From an uncultured Patescibacteria group bacterium (lineage in GTDB: Bacteria; Patescibacteriota; Patescibacteriia; UBA2591; CALHIP01), in NCBI GenBank assembly GCA_938030745.1, contig CALHIP010000012.1, positions 1 to 45,690 of the forward strand: DNA of 45,690 nt. The letters are read 5' to 3'. The notes below the pieces were generated by a model. That model was not told the DNA's origin, did not search any database, and worked only from the letters and a program-made list of their open reading frames with translations. The translations under genes and the position numbers were made by a program. Numbering within the stretch: position 1 is the first letter of the stretch; the number at the start of each line of letters is the position of its first letter. Below, in pieces: positions 27,140 through 36,891 of the stretch.

Positions 27140-28123
27140 TTATCTATCGAACCCTTTTGGATAATTCTGATAAAATTGCCAAGCGGTTTTAATGATTGTT
27201 TCTAAATCAGAGTATTTTGGTTGCCAGCCAAGCTCTTTTTTTATTTTATTCGAGCTGGCAATTAAAATTGGTGGATCACCGATTCTTCTTGGTTTTATTT
27301 TAGCTGGAATTTTCTTGCTAGTGATCTTTCTTGCCATTTCTAAAACTTCTTTAACAGAAAATCCTTTTTCTGAACCCAAATTATAAATTTTTGATTTTTT
27401 ATTTTTTAATAAAAATTTTAGAGCTAAAATATGGGCATTTGCTAAATCACTAACATGAATATAATCTCTGATACAAGTTCCATCTTTAGTTGGATAATCA
27501 TTACCATAAATTTCTAAATATTTTTTTTGAGAAAGAGCAACTTTCAAAATGTTAGGAATCAAATGAGTTTCTGGCCGATGGTCTTCACCAATTAAGCCAG
27601 ATAAATCAGCACCGGCAGCATTAAAATAACGAAGAGAAATAAATTTTAAACCGTAATTTTTGTCAAAATATTCTAATAATTTTTCAAAAAGATATTTTGT
27701 TTGGCCATAAACGTTGAATGGTTTTAAAGGAGAATCTTCTTTTAATGGAAATTTTTGTGGCTGATAAACTGCTGCTGATGAAGAAAAAATAATATATTTA
27801 ATTTTATTTTTGATCATTGCTTCAAGTAAATTTATCCCATTTAAAACATTATTTTTGAAATATTTTTCTGGTTTTTTCATTGACTCCTCTGCCTCAATAA
27901 AACTAGCTAAATGAATAATAACTTTTGGCTTATATCTTTTAAAAACTTGATTAAGTTTATTTTTATCTTCTAAATCACCTTTAATAAAAAAACCACCTAA
28001 AACTGCTTGGCGATGACCAGAAGATAAATTGTCATAAACAAAAATTTGATGATTTTTTTTAAGTAATTCTTTAACAACATGAGAACCAATATATCCAGCG
28101 CCACCAGTAATAAAAATACGCAT
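27140..28123 (-). CDS. galE: UDP-glucose 4-epimerase
   Basis: ITGGAGYIGSH, FSSSAAVY, YGQTK, LRYFNAAGA, DGTCIRDYIHV. Confidence 0.97.
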   Translation of the reverse strand: MRIFITGGAGYIGSHVVKELLKKNHQIFVYDNLSSGHRQAVLGGFFIKGDLEDKNKLNQVFKRYKPKVIIHLASFIEAEESMKKPEKYFKNNVLNGINLLEAMIKNKIKYIIFSSSAAVYQPQKFPLKEDSPLKPFNVYGQTKYLFEKLLEYFDKNYGLKFISLRYFNAAGADLSGLIGEDHRPETHLIPNILKVALSQKKYLEIYGNDYPTKDGTCIRDYIHVSDLANAHILALKFLLKNKKSKIYNLGSEKGFSVKEVLEMARKITSKKIPAKIKPRRIGDPPILIASSNKIKKELGWQPKYSDLETIIKTAWQFYQNYPKGFDR

Positions 28124-28158
28124 ATTAGTTATAAATATAAAATTGTAGATTAAAAAGT

Positions 28159-29051
28159 CTATTCTTTCAAAGATTCAATTTCTTCTGCAATACGGTCAAG
28201 ATAAGAATAGTCTGATTTTTCTTTTATTTTTTTTGGAATAATCACATCTTTGATAAGTGTGATTAGTCCCATCTTCCAATCTTTTTTAGATTCTTCATCA
28301 CCTCCCATAGTCTCAATAATAGGAATTTTTTTTCTCTCGCATATTCCAATATTTGCTTCAATTTCATTCCATGATGACCTAAAGAAGTAACAATTACTGT
28401 AGGCACTTTCTTCAATTCTTCTAAAATTTTTATTCCTGGTGTATTTTCTCTAAGTTTTTTATCAATTTCTTTTTGCAAATCATCTTCAGGTATTATTTCT
28501 AAAAGAGAACTATATTTTCTTATAAGTGCCAACTCATCTTCTTCAGAAACGTCCTTTAATTCTTCTTCTATAGTTCTCTCTCCTATTTTTAATCCTGAGA
28601 TTATCGAGAAAAATTCTTTCAATTCTTCAAGAATTCTTTTTTTCTTTTCTTTATCGGTTTCACTAAGAAATTTCATTAAAAGTTGGGAAGGGTGATTTTC
28701 TTCAAACTCTTTTTGTTTTTCTTTGTCAAAGGGATGAAGTGTTGTTCTTCCTTTCCATTTATAAATCTTTTCAAATTCTCCCATCATCCCTAATTTTTTT
28801 TCATCTTCTGGTATAAAAACATCAACTAAAACACCAGACCACCCCTCTTTTTTCTTCTCTTCAAATTCTTTCATATTCTTTACCTTTTCAAAAATAATCG
28901 GTAAATTTAGTGTTTTAATTTTTTCCTCTAATTTCTCGAAGTCTTTAATATATTCTTGATTATCTTCAATGACCAAAATCTTAATTAAAAATTCTTTTTC
29001 TTTTTCTTCTCTTGATGGTATCCCTTCCTTTGATAGAAATCCAAATGGCAT
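28159..29051 (-). pseudogene. Receiver-domain-like protein with helical insertion, split by a frameshift at an A8 run
   Basis: KILVIEDN, GVLVDVFIP, PGIKIL..VPTVIVTS. A -1 shift at T8 (28326-28333) continues IPIIETMGG..SKKDW...ESLKE* to 28159; the unshifted ORF stops at 28263. Confidence 0.65.
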
Positions 29052-29106
29052 AAATTTAAAAATAATAAAATTTATAATAAAATTTCGACCTTTAAAAATT
29101 TCTTTT

Positions 29107-29310
29107 TTAACTATTCAATTTTTCAATTTTCCCACATCCTATTTTATGGCCGCATTTAGGACAAATCTTCCCTTTTTCAATTGTTTCCATCGCCTCTAAT
29201 ATATCTCCCACCTCTTCTCTATAGCCACATTTATTACAGACCAACAGAACCTTTTCTTTTTTTTCTGGTTCTGGAATCTTTAAAGATTCTTTACTTTCTT
29301 TTCCACTCAT
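29107..29310 (-). CDS. Small zinc-ribbon protein
   Basis: CNKCG...CPKCG; upstream TTGACC-N17-TATTAT (29347-29319). Confidence 0.75.
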   Translation of the reverse strand: MSGKESKESLKIPEPEKKEKVLLVCNKCGYREEVGDILEAMETIEKGKICPKCGHKIGCGKIEKLNS

Positions 29311-29501
29311 ATCATTAAATAATAAACTTTTTTAAAAAATTGGTCAAGTGAAGTTTTATCACATTACCGCCAAGAGAGCTAAACTAAATGGTCTTTGTTT
29401 TCTCAATTCTTTTAGACTGTACCAATCTTTCAATAAAGCTAGAGCTTTAAAAACTTTTGGCTAAAGATTTTTCTCTTGAAGAAATCTTTCTCTTTTAAAT
29501 T

Positions 29502-29535
29502 AAAAAAGGGGTGGAAAGAAAGCCACCCCTTTTTA
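29502..29535 (-). terminator. Rho-independent terminator (potentially bidirectional)
   Basis: aaaaaggggtgg / ccacccctttt stem just after the 29540 stop. Confidence 0.85.
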
Positions 29536-29539
29536 GTTT

Positions 29540-29752
29540 TTAATAATCCATTTTTAATAATCCATGATAAATTTCTCGCTGAACTAGATTGTCCATTGAC
29601 GCCTGCAAACTCTCTTTTATTAAATCATTGTAGATTTCATCTAATCCTCGTATCAGTTCGGGATTCTCCGAAATAATTTCTGAAAGTGATTTTCCTTTTC
29701 CTAATAATTCCCTAATTTTCTTTGCTGCTTCTTCTGGAGTTAAATTATTCAT
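29540..29752 (-). CDS. Small acidic helical hypothetical protein
   Basis: 70 aa; AAGGAGGTGA at 29765-29756; followed by a terminator. Confidence 0.8.
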   Translation of the reverse strand: MNNLTPEEAAKKIRELLGKGKSLSEIISENPELIRGLDEIYNDLIKESLQASMDNLVQREIYHGLLKMDY

Positions 29753-29764
29753 ATTTCACCTCCT

Positions 29765-31366
29765 TTAGAAATTATAAATTTTTTTTAATTTCTTCAATGA
29801 TTTTAAAATTTTCAGAGTTTTAAGAACTTGTGGATGTGGGAACTCTTCTTTATTAAGAACTTCTAAGCATTTTTCAGCAAATGAAGAAAGTTTACTTTCT
29901 TGAGGAAAATTCTTACTTATTTTATCTATTACCGCAAGTAAAACATTCGCTAAGGCCATCTGGAAAAATCCAACCTGAGCTAACTCTTCAGTAAATTCGA
30001 ATGTCTTAAAATATCCTATCGCTGTATCACTTATTGCTCCCCAACCTACTGAGAATAAAGGATTTATCACTTCAAGGACTGGATGAACTATTTCACCCCT
30101 TTCTCTGGCTTTATCAAACCAATCGAATATTTTAAAATAACCTACATAATGATACAAAGTAATAATTTCTTCAATAGCTCGTTTTAATCCATTTTCTTTT
30201 ATAAACAATAATAATTCGGATGAATCATTTTTAGAGGAGATAAAAGCGCGAATAATGGCATCTGATTCGCTTAATTCATAAAGTAGATTAACTAGCTGGG
30301 AAGAATTTTGAGTTTCCTTTAATTTCATTTCAATATTTTGAGACTGCTTTAACAAATTTTGGAATTCTTTAATTTTATTTTTGAGTTGGTTATCAAGACT
30401 GCTACTCTTTAAAAGAAGAGATAAACCTGGATAAGTCTTGTTATATTTTTGAAGGAGTGTATCTATCTTTTTCATCTGTTTTTGCATATCCGAAGGTAAT
30501 ATCCCCCAGCTTATTCCGTATGGATCAATTAAAATCCAGTCACCATCTGAAAGTTGAACAAGTAAACAAGTATGAAATCCGAGTTCTTTTTCTAATCTGA
30601 TTTCTGCTACCTCTTTATTTATTTTAAGACTCTGCTCAAAAGCTTCATCATTCTTAATTTCTCGCTCTGAAAGATCGTTATTGATAATTTTATTTAGAAA
30701 CAAGGTAAGATTACATTCAATTTCTGTAAGTGATTTTAGGACGAAAGCACTATAAAATTTGGCTGAACACCGAGAAAAGAATGAAGCTAACTGAATTTCT
30801 TTACCTAGACAATTTAACTCAGAACCGGATTTTTTAATCTGCCTTGGAAGAAATCGGGTAATACCTTGTTTGACATTGAATTCTTCTTCAAACTTTTTCA
30901 ATTCCTGAAGCCCTTCTTTCGTTGTCGGAATAAGTTTTTGTGCTTTTGAACGAAGGAGTAAGAAAAGGGATTCCACTACCTTGATCTGATTTTCTTTGTC
31001 TCCACTTTTCCATTGTTTAACTAAATTTTCTAATTTTGGAAGTAATTCTTTTCCCGCTTTAATTAACTCATAACCAATGGTTTCTATTAATATGGAGAGT
31101 TGCCATTTCTTCAGAGAGAAAGGGAAGGAAGATTCTGTTATTTTACTAATTGCTTCTTCATCATTGTTGTATTTCCGCAAGATTCTTCCTAAGGAAAAAA
31201 GATCAGGGAATATATTCCCATATTCATCGATTGAAGGAAAATTATCACCTCCTATGCGCTTTCTCCAATACTTCGAAGAAAAAATCTTTTCAAGAGAGAG
31301 AGAAGGATTGATACCTTCTTGTAAAACAAAGTCTATTATTTCGTTAAGATTCTTTTTTTTGTCCAT
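29765..31366 (-). CDS. Hypothetical protein with a possible transglutaminase-like Cys-His-Asp triad
   Basis: 533 aa; LNCLG ... FHTCLLVQL...WILIDP; AAAGGAGG at 31378-31371. Confidence 0.65.
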   Translation of the reverse strand: MDKKKNLNEIIDFVLQEGINPSLSLEKIFSSKYWRKRIGGDNFPSIDEYGNIFPDLFSLGRILRKYNNDEEAISKITESSFPFSLKKWQLSILIETIGYELIKAGKELLPKLENLVKQWKSGDKENQIKVVESLFLLLRSKAQKLIPTTKEGLQELKKFEEEFNVKQGITRFLPRQIKKSGSELNCLGKEIQLASFFSRCSAKFYSAFVLKSLTEIECNLTLFLNKIINNDLSEREIKNDEAFEQSLKINKEVAEIRLEKELGFHTCLLVQLSDGDWILIDPYGISWGILPSDMQKQMKKIDTLLQKYNKTYPGLSLLLKSSSLDNQLKNKIKEFQNLLKQSQNIEMKLKETQNSSQLVNLLYELSESDAIIRAFISSKNDSSELLLFIKENGLKRAIEEIITLYHYVGYFKIFDWFDKARERGEIVHPVLEVINPLFSVGWGAISDTAIGYFKTFEFTEELAQVGFFQMALANVLLAVIDKISKNFPQESKLSSFAEKCLEVLNKEEFPHPQVLKTLKILKSLKKLKKIYNF

Positions 31367-31468
31367 TTTTCCTCCTTTGAAGGGTGGTTTAAAATCCCTT
31401 CATTATAAGGATAATTTATTTTTTAAAATTTGTCAATAATTAATGTGTTAACACCTTGAAACAGATTT

Positions 31469-31945
31469 TTATCCGCCTTGTTGAACGAAATTTGGCCAAC
31501 GAAATGGAATTTTTTCAGTATTCCAAGGTATTCGATATTCATCTGGCTTCTTATAGTTATAAGTTTTTGTCGGAATATTTAAAATTTTTGCTCCTTTTTT
31601 TGTTAAGGCAGTAAAACCATGAACAACGCCTTTAGGAATTTTTAAAACTATATGCTCTCCCCTTTCCTCTGGTGCTGATAAGATAAATTTAGCTGTCTTA
31701 CCATAAGTTTTTGATTTTTTTCTTGCATCATAAAGCCCGATCAAGGCTTTTCCATCAAGACAGACAAAATAATCATCTTGTAATTTATGATAATGCCAAG
31801 CCTTAGCTATCCCGTATTTGCAGAAAGTTATATAAACTTGACCAAATTTTTTAAAAATTTTGTCATCAGAACGTAAAATTTCCATCAAAAAACCGCGACT
31901 ATCTTTAATAACTTTTAATTTTTTTATTTTTACTCCTTCAATCAT
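31469..31945 (-). CDS. dTDP-4-dehydrorhamnose 3,5-epimerase-like cupin (RmlC family)
   Basis: DSRGFLMEILR, KAWHYH, IPKGVVHGF, PDEYR. Confidence 0.88.
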   Translation of the reverse strand: MIEGVKIKKLKVIKDSRGFLMEILRSDDKIFKKFGQVYITFCKYGIAKAWHYHKLQDDYFVCLDGKALIGLYDARKKSKTYGKTAKFILSAPEERGEHIVLKIPKGVVHGFTALTKKGAKILNIPTKTYNYKKPDEYRIPWNTEKIPFRWPNFVQQGG

Positions 31946-31949
31946 AAAA

Positions 31950-33350
31950 TTATCTTAATTTATCAATTATTTTATAAATATCACCAGCACCCATAATTAA
32001 TAAAACATCATCATCTTGTAAATTTTCTAAAATAAATTTTTTTGTTTCTTTTAAATCTTTAGCATAAATAATTTTTTTACCAGTCCTTTTAATAATCTCT
32101 TTAACAAGATCTTTTGAACTAATATCTTGATCTTTTTTTTCTTCCCTTCCAGCTACACTATAAATCTCTGAAATAATAGCTAAATCTACATCGTCAAAAC
32201 TTTTGACGAATTCGTTAAAAAGTGTTTTCGTCCGATGGTGATGATGTGGTTGAAAAACAACAAAAATTCTTTTTTTAGGATAAAATTCTTTAGCGGCAAC
32301 AATGGTATTTTTAACAGCAGTTGGATGATGGGCATAATCTGAAACAATTTTTAATTTTAAATTTTTAATTTTTAAATCATGAACTTCAAATCTTCGCCAA
32401 ACGCCGGAAAAGTTTTCTAAAACATCTTTAATAATTTTTGGATTAACACCTAAAGCTAAAGCACAAGTTGAGGCAGCTAAAAAATTATAAATATTAAAAA
32501 TTCCAGGGATTTTTGAATTCAAATTATTAATTTTTAATTTTAGATCATAAAAATTTGAGTCAGCAACTAAATCAAATTTTTGAAAACCAGCACCAATTTT
32601 AATATTTTTTGCCATAACATCAGCTGGTTTTTTAATACCATAACTAATAACCTTCCGATGGGGTAAAAGTTTTTTTAATAAATTTTCATCATCAATATTT
32701 AAAATTATTTTGCCATCAATTGGTAATTTATCAATATATTTTTGAAAATGAAAAATAATATCATTAAGATCTTTATAATAATCTAAGTGATCTTGTTCTA
32801 AATTCGTTAAAACAATAATTTTTGGCTTAAGTTTTAACATATGAGCCCGCCATTCACAACCTTCAACAATCAAATATTTACTTTGACCAAAACGAAGGTT
32901 TCCGTAAGAAAAATTTTTTACTAATGAACCGACAATAACAGTTGGATCAAGACCTGCTTTTTCTAAAATTAATCCAATCAAAGCAGTAGTTGTTGTCTTA
33001 CCATGGGTACCGGAAACAGTAATAGTAAAATAATTTTTTGATATTTCACCTAAAAATTCTGGATAAGAAAATTGAGGAATTTTTAATTTTTTTGCTTTTT
33101 CTCTTTCTGGATTATTTTTGGGAACAGCTGGCGAATAAATCACTAAATCAACATCTTTTTTTAAATTTTTCTTTTGATGACCAATAAAAATTTTTGCTCC
33201 TTTCTTTTTTAAATCATTAGTAATTTCTGAGGATACTAAATCAGAACCGGAAACTTTTTTATTTAATAAAATCATCATCTTTGCAATAGCAGAAACGCCA
33301 ATTCCGCCAATACCAATAAAATGAATTTTTTTTATTTTATTTAAATTCAT
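31950..33350 (-). CDS. murC: UDP-N-acetylmuramate--L-alanine ligase
   Basis: HFIGIGGIGVS, GTHGKTTT, DHLDY, DYAHHP, VFQPH, MGAGDI. Confidence 0.97.
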   Translation of the reverse strand: MNLNKIKKIHFIGIGGIGVSAIAKMMILLNKKVSGSDLVSSEITNDLKKKGAKIFIGHQKKNLKKDVDLVIYSPAVPKNNPEREKAKKLKIPQFSYPEFLGEISKNYFTITVSGTHGKTTTTALIGLILEKAGLDPTVIVGSLVKNFSYGNLRFGQSKYLIVEGCEWRAHMLKLKPKIIVLTNLEQDHLDYYKDLNDIIFHFQKYIDKLPIDGKIILNIDDENLLKKLLPHRKVISYGIKKPADVMAKNIKIGAGFQKFDLVADSNFYDLKLKINNLNSKIPGIFNIYNFLAASTCALALGVNPKIIKDVLENFSGVWRRFEVHDLKIKNLKLKIVSDYAHHPTAVKNTIVAAKEFYPKKRIFVVFQPHHHHRTKTLFNEFVKSFDDVDLAIISEIYSVAGREEKKDQDISSKDLVKEIIKRTGKKIIYAKDLKETKKFILENLQDDDVLLIMGAGDIYKIIDKLR

Positions 33351-33357
33351 AAAATCC

Positions 33358-34437
33358 TTAAATTTGACAAATTTTTAGAATTTCTTTAACAATCTTCTCT
33401 TTAGCATCGAAAGGAATAATTTTTTTAATATTCTCTTGAAGTTGATTTTTTAATTTTTCATCAAAGATCAATTTCCTAATTTCATTTAATAATTTTTGAC
33501 TAGTTAATTCTTTTTGATTTAAAACTATAACTGCATTTTTCCCGGCAAAATATTTTGCGTTTGCTTCTTGATGAGAATCTGGAATAGGAATAATAATTGC
33601 TGGTTTACCTAAAACAGCTAATTCAGATAAAACATTCATTCCAGCTCGTGAGATAACTAAATCAGCAACCGCATAGGCATCAGCTATCTCTTCAGTTAAA
33701 AATTCATAAAGATGGTATCGATAATTAATTTCTGATTTCCAATTTCTAATTTCTAATTTTCCTTTTCCAGTAAGATGAATTATCTGACAAAAATCAAGTA
33801 ATTGATCAAGGCTTTGCCAAACTAAATTATTAAGAAAAGCTGCTCCTGTTCCACCACCTAAAATAAAAACAACTGGTAAATTTTTTTCTAAATCAAACCT
33901 TTCTCTTGCTCTCTCCTTATCGCCTTTAAATATAACCTCTCTAACTGGATTGCCAACCAAAACTGTTTTCTTTTTTGGAAAATCATTAAGAGATTTTTCG
34001 AAAGTAACAGTAATTTTTTTAGCAAAAGGAGCTAAAATTTTATTGCTTAGGCTTGGAATAATATCTTGTTGATGAATTAAAGATGGAATTTTTAAAAGCC
34101 AACCAGCTAAAACTACTGGAACAGAAACATAACTACCAGCACTAATAATTATTTGAGGACGAAATTTTATTAACAAAAAAATTGATTGGAAAAAACCTAA
34201 TAAAATAAAAATTGGGTCGATAAAATTTTGCCAAGAAAAATAACGACGAAGCTTGCCAGAAAAAATTTGTTTAAAATGAAAATTATAATCTTTAATCATT
34301 TCTTTTTCTGGCTGACCCTTTTTTGTTCCAATAAAAATAAATTCAGCTTCTGGTTTTTTCTTCTTAATCTCTTCGGCAATAGCTAAAAGAGGAGCAACTG
34401 AACCACCAGTACCACCGCCAACTAAAAATACTTTCAT
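33358..34437 (-). CDS. murG: Peptidoglycan lipid II GlcNAc transferase
   Basis: GGGTGGSVAP, SGKLRRY, GNPVR, DLVISRAG, HQEANA. Confidence 0.96.
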   Translation of the reverse strand: MKVFLVGGGTGGSVAPLLAIAEEIKKKKPEAEFIFIGTKKGQPEKEMIKDYNFHFKQIFSGKLRRYFSWQNFIDPIFILLGFFQSIFLLIKFRPQIIISAGSYVSVPVVLAGWLLKIPSLIHQQDIIPSLSNKILAPFAKKITVTFEKSLNDFPKKKTVLVGNPVREVIFKGDKERARERFDLEKNLPVVFILGGGTGAAFLNNLVWQSLDQLLDFCQIIHLTGKGKLEIRNWKSEINYRYHLYEFLTEEIADAYAVADLVISRAGMNVLSELAVLGKPAIIIPIPDSHQEANAKYFAGKNAVIVLNQKELTSQKLLNEIRKLIFDEKLKNQLQENIKKIIPFDAKEKIVKEILKICQI

Positions 34438-34447
34438 AAGTTATAAA

Positions 34448-35542
34448 TTAAGAAATATACTTTGAAATATTAATCAAAAGTCCAAGAGCAGCTAAATTCA
34501 TACTCATTGCACTACCACCATAGCTAATTAAAGGTAAAGGAACACCAGTTAAAGGCAAAATTCCTAACATCGAACCAAGGTGAATAAAAAATTGAAAACC
34601 AAACCAAGAAACAATTCCAACTATTACTAATTGAGAAAATAAATCAGGAGAATTTTTTGCTAGTTTAAGTCCTCGAAAAATAAAAAGAAAAAATAAAAAA
34701 ATAATTAATGTTGCACCAATAAAACCTAATTCTTCGGCAATGATTGAAAAAATTGAATCACTAAAAACCTCAGGTAAATAGAAAAACTTTTGACCGGAAA
34801 GACCTAATCCTCGACCAAAAAGACCGCCTGAACCAATAGCAATTAATGATTGTTGAAGATGATAAGAAATTCCTTTTGGTTCTATTTGTGGATAAAGAAC
34901 TGCTTTCAATCGGTTTTCTAAATAAGGAAATTTTTGGATAAAAAGTGGAAGAAGAAGGCAAATGATTAATAAGAATAAAAACAAATAAATTAAGTTTCCG
35001 CCAGCGACGAAATAGATCGTTAAAGCAATTAAAATTACCATTATTAGCCCACTAAAATTTGGTTGAAGAATAATTAAAAAAGAAATAAAACCTAAAATTA
35101 AAATAAATGGTAAAAAGGTTAAAGAAAAACTTTTTATTTCTTTTTCTTTCTTAACAAAAAAATTAGCTAAAAATAAAATCAGAGCAAATTTTAAAAATTC
35201 AATAGGTTGAAAAGAAAAGAATTTAAAATCAAGCCAGCGACGAACTGGTCCAGCTGTTTTAAAAGGTGGAAGAAAAACAGCAATTAATAAAATTAAAGAA
35301 AAAATAAAAATAAAAGAACTTAATTTTTGCCATGATTTGTAATTAATAAAGAAAAAAAGGAAGAAAAAGATCAAACCAGGAATTAGTCCATTTAAAACTT
35401 GATGTTTAAGATAGTAATAAGGATCTTTAAAATTTTTATAGCCAAGTGGTGCACTAGCTGAATTAAGAAAAATTAAGCCAATAATTAAAAGAAAAAAAAC
35501 AAGAGTAAGAAGAAAATAATCTGGTTGATGAACCTTCTTCAT
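34448..35542 (-). CDS. ftsW: SEDS family protein FtsW
   Basis: RRWL, FQPIEFLK, QSLIAIGSGGLFGRG, SDSIFSIIAEELG, GVPLPLISYGGS; located between murD and murG. Confidence 0.93.
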   Translation of the reverse strand: MKKVHQPDYFLLTLVFFLLIIGLIFLNSASAPLGYKNFKDPYYYLKHQVLNGLIPGLIFFFLFFFINYKSWQKLSSFIFIFSLILLIAVFLPPFKTAGPVRRWLDFKFFSFQPIEFLKFALILFLANFFVKKEKEIKSFSLTFLPFILILGFISFLIILQPNFSGLIMVILIALTIYFVAGGNLIYLFLFLLIICLLLPLFIQKFPYLENRLKAVLYPQIEPKGISYHLQQSLIAIGSGGLFGRGLGLSGQKFFYLPEVFSDSIFSIIAEELGFIGATLIIFLFFLFIFRGLKLAKNSPDLFSQLVIVGIVSWFGFQFFIHLGSMLGILPLTGVPLPLISYGGSAMSMNLAALGLLINISKYIS

Positions 35543-35544
35543 AT

Positions 35545-36864
35545 TTATTTTATTAATTTAACACATTGAATAAATTGATTAGCACGATCGTAGGCATTCT
35601 TGAAAAGACCAAAGCTAGCACAACCAGGTGAAAGTAAGACAATATCTCCTTGCTGAGCTTCTGCTGTTGCTAATCTGACAGCCTGTTTCATTGTTTTAGC
35701 AAAAATTATTGGTGAATTATAACCACTCATTAATAACTGGCGATGGATTTTTCTTGTTGCCGTCCCAGGTAAAAGAATTACTGCTTTACATTTTTCTTTT
35801 ATTTTTTTAGCCATTTTTAAAAAATCAAGTTTCTTATCAGCTCCACCAGAAATTAAAATAATATTTTTCCTTGAATTAAAAGAATTAAGAGCTAAAATTG
35901 TTGATTGAGGAACAGTCGAAGCGGAATCATTATAATATCTAATACCATTTTTTTCTCCGATAAATTCCAAACGATTAGGTAAACCATGAAAGGTTTTTAT
36001 TGCCTTCTTAACAATTGAAGATGGAATTTTTAAAACTGAAGCAATAGCGGCAGCAGCTAAAATATTTGTTTTGATCATTTTTCCTTTAATCTTTTCATGA
36101 CTTAAGAACTTATAAGGAGGTGATTCCTGAGAAAAATATATAATTTTACTTTTTGCTTCTTTAGCAAATTTTCTAGTTATCGGATCATCAGCGTTTAAAA
36201 TTAAAAAATCTTTTTTTGTTTGCCATTTAAAAATAAGTTTTTTAGATTTTACATATTCATTAAAATTTTTATAACGATCGAGGTGATCAGGAAAAACTGT
36301 TGTAATACAAGCAATATTTGGACTTTTTTTTAAATGGGCCATATCTTCTAATTGCCAAGAAGAAATTTCTAAAATTGCTAATTGATAATTTTTATCTAAA
36401 TAATTCAATGGTGATTGACCAATGTTGCCACCAAAAATAAATTTTTTCTTGGCGGTTCTTAAAATATGAGAGATAAGACTTACAGTCGTTGATTTACCCT
36501 TAGTTCCCGTGACTCCAACAATTTTACCTTTAAATAATCTAAAAAAAATTGAAAGATCACTTTCGATTGGAATTTTGTTTTTTTTAGCAATTTTAAGATA
36601 CTTTGAGTCGCGTGGAACAGCTGGGTTTTTAATTATCAAATCAGCCTGGGCAAAATCCTTTTCTCTATGTTTTCCTAGGACATATTTAACTGGTAGATGT
36701 TTTAATTTATTTAAAGAATCTTTTAACTCTTTTTTTGTTTTTAAATCAGTAACTAAAACATGAGCACCTTTTTTAACTAACCATTTCACCGTTTCAACTC
36801 CACCACCTAACAAACCTAAGCCCATTACCACTACTTTTTTGTTTTTAAGATTTTGAAAATCCAT
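35545..36864 (-). CDS. murD: UDP-N-acetylmuramoyl-L-alanine--D-glutamate ligase
   Basis: GVTGTKGKSTT, LEISSWQL, DHLDRY, YNDSAST, LLSPGCASF. Confidence 0.96.
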   Translation of the reverse strand: MDFQNLKNKKVVVMGLGLLGGGVETVKWLVKKGAHVLVTDLKTKKELKDSLNKLKHLPVKYVLGKHREKDFAQADLIIKNPAVPRDSKYLKIAKKNKIPIESDLSIFFRLFKGKIVGVTGTKGKSTTVSLISHILRTAKKKFIFGGNIGQSPLNYLDKNYQLAILEISSWQLEDMAHLKKSPNIACITTVFPDHLDRYKNFNEYVKSKKLIFKWQTKKDFLILNADDPITRKFAKEAKSKIIYFSQESPPYKFLSHEKIKGKMIKTNILAAAAIASVLKIPSSIVKKAIKTFHGLPNRLEFIGEKNGIRYYNDSASTVPQSTILALNSFNSRKNIILISGGADKKLDFLKMAKKIKEKCKAVILLPGTATRKIHRQLLMSGYNSPIIFAKTMKQAVRLATAEAQQGDIVLLSPGCASFGLFKNAYDRANQFIQCVKLIK

Positions 36865-36891
36865 TTTAAAGTATAATTTTATCTTTTTCTT

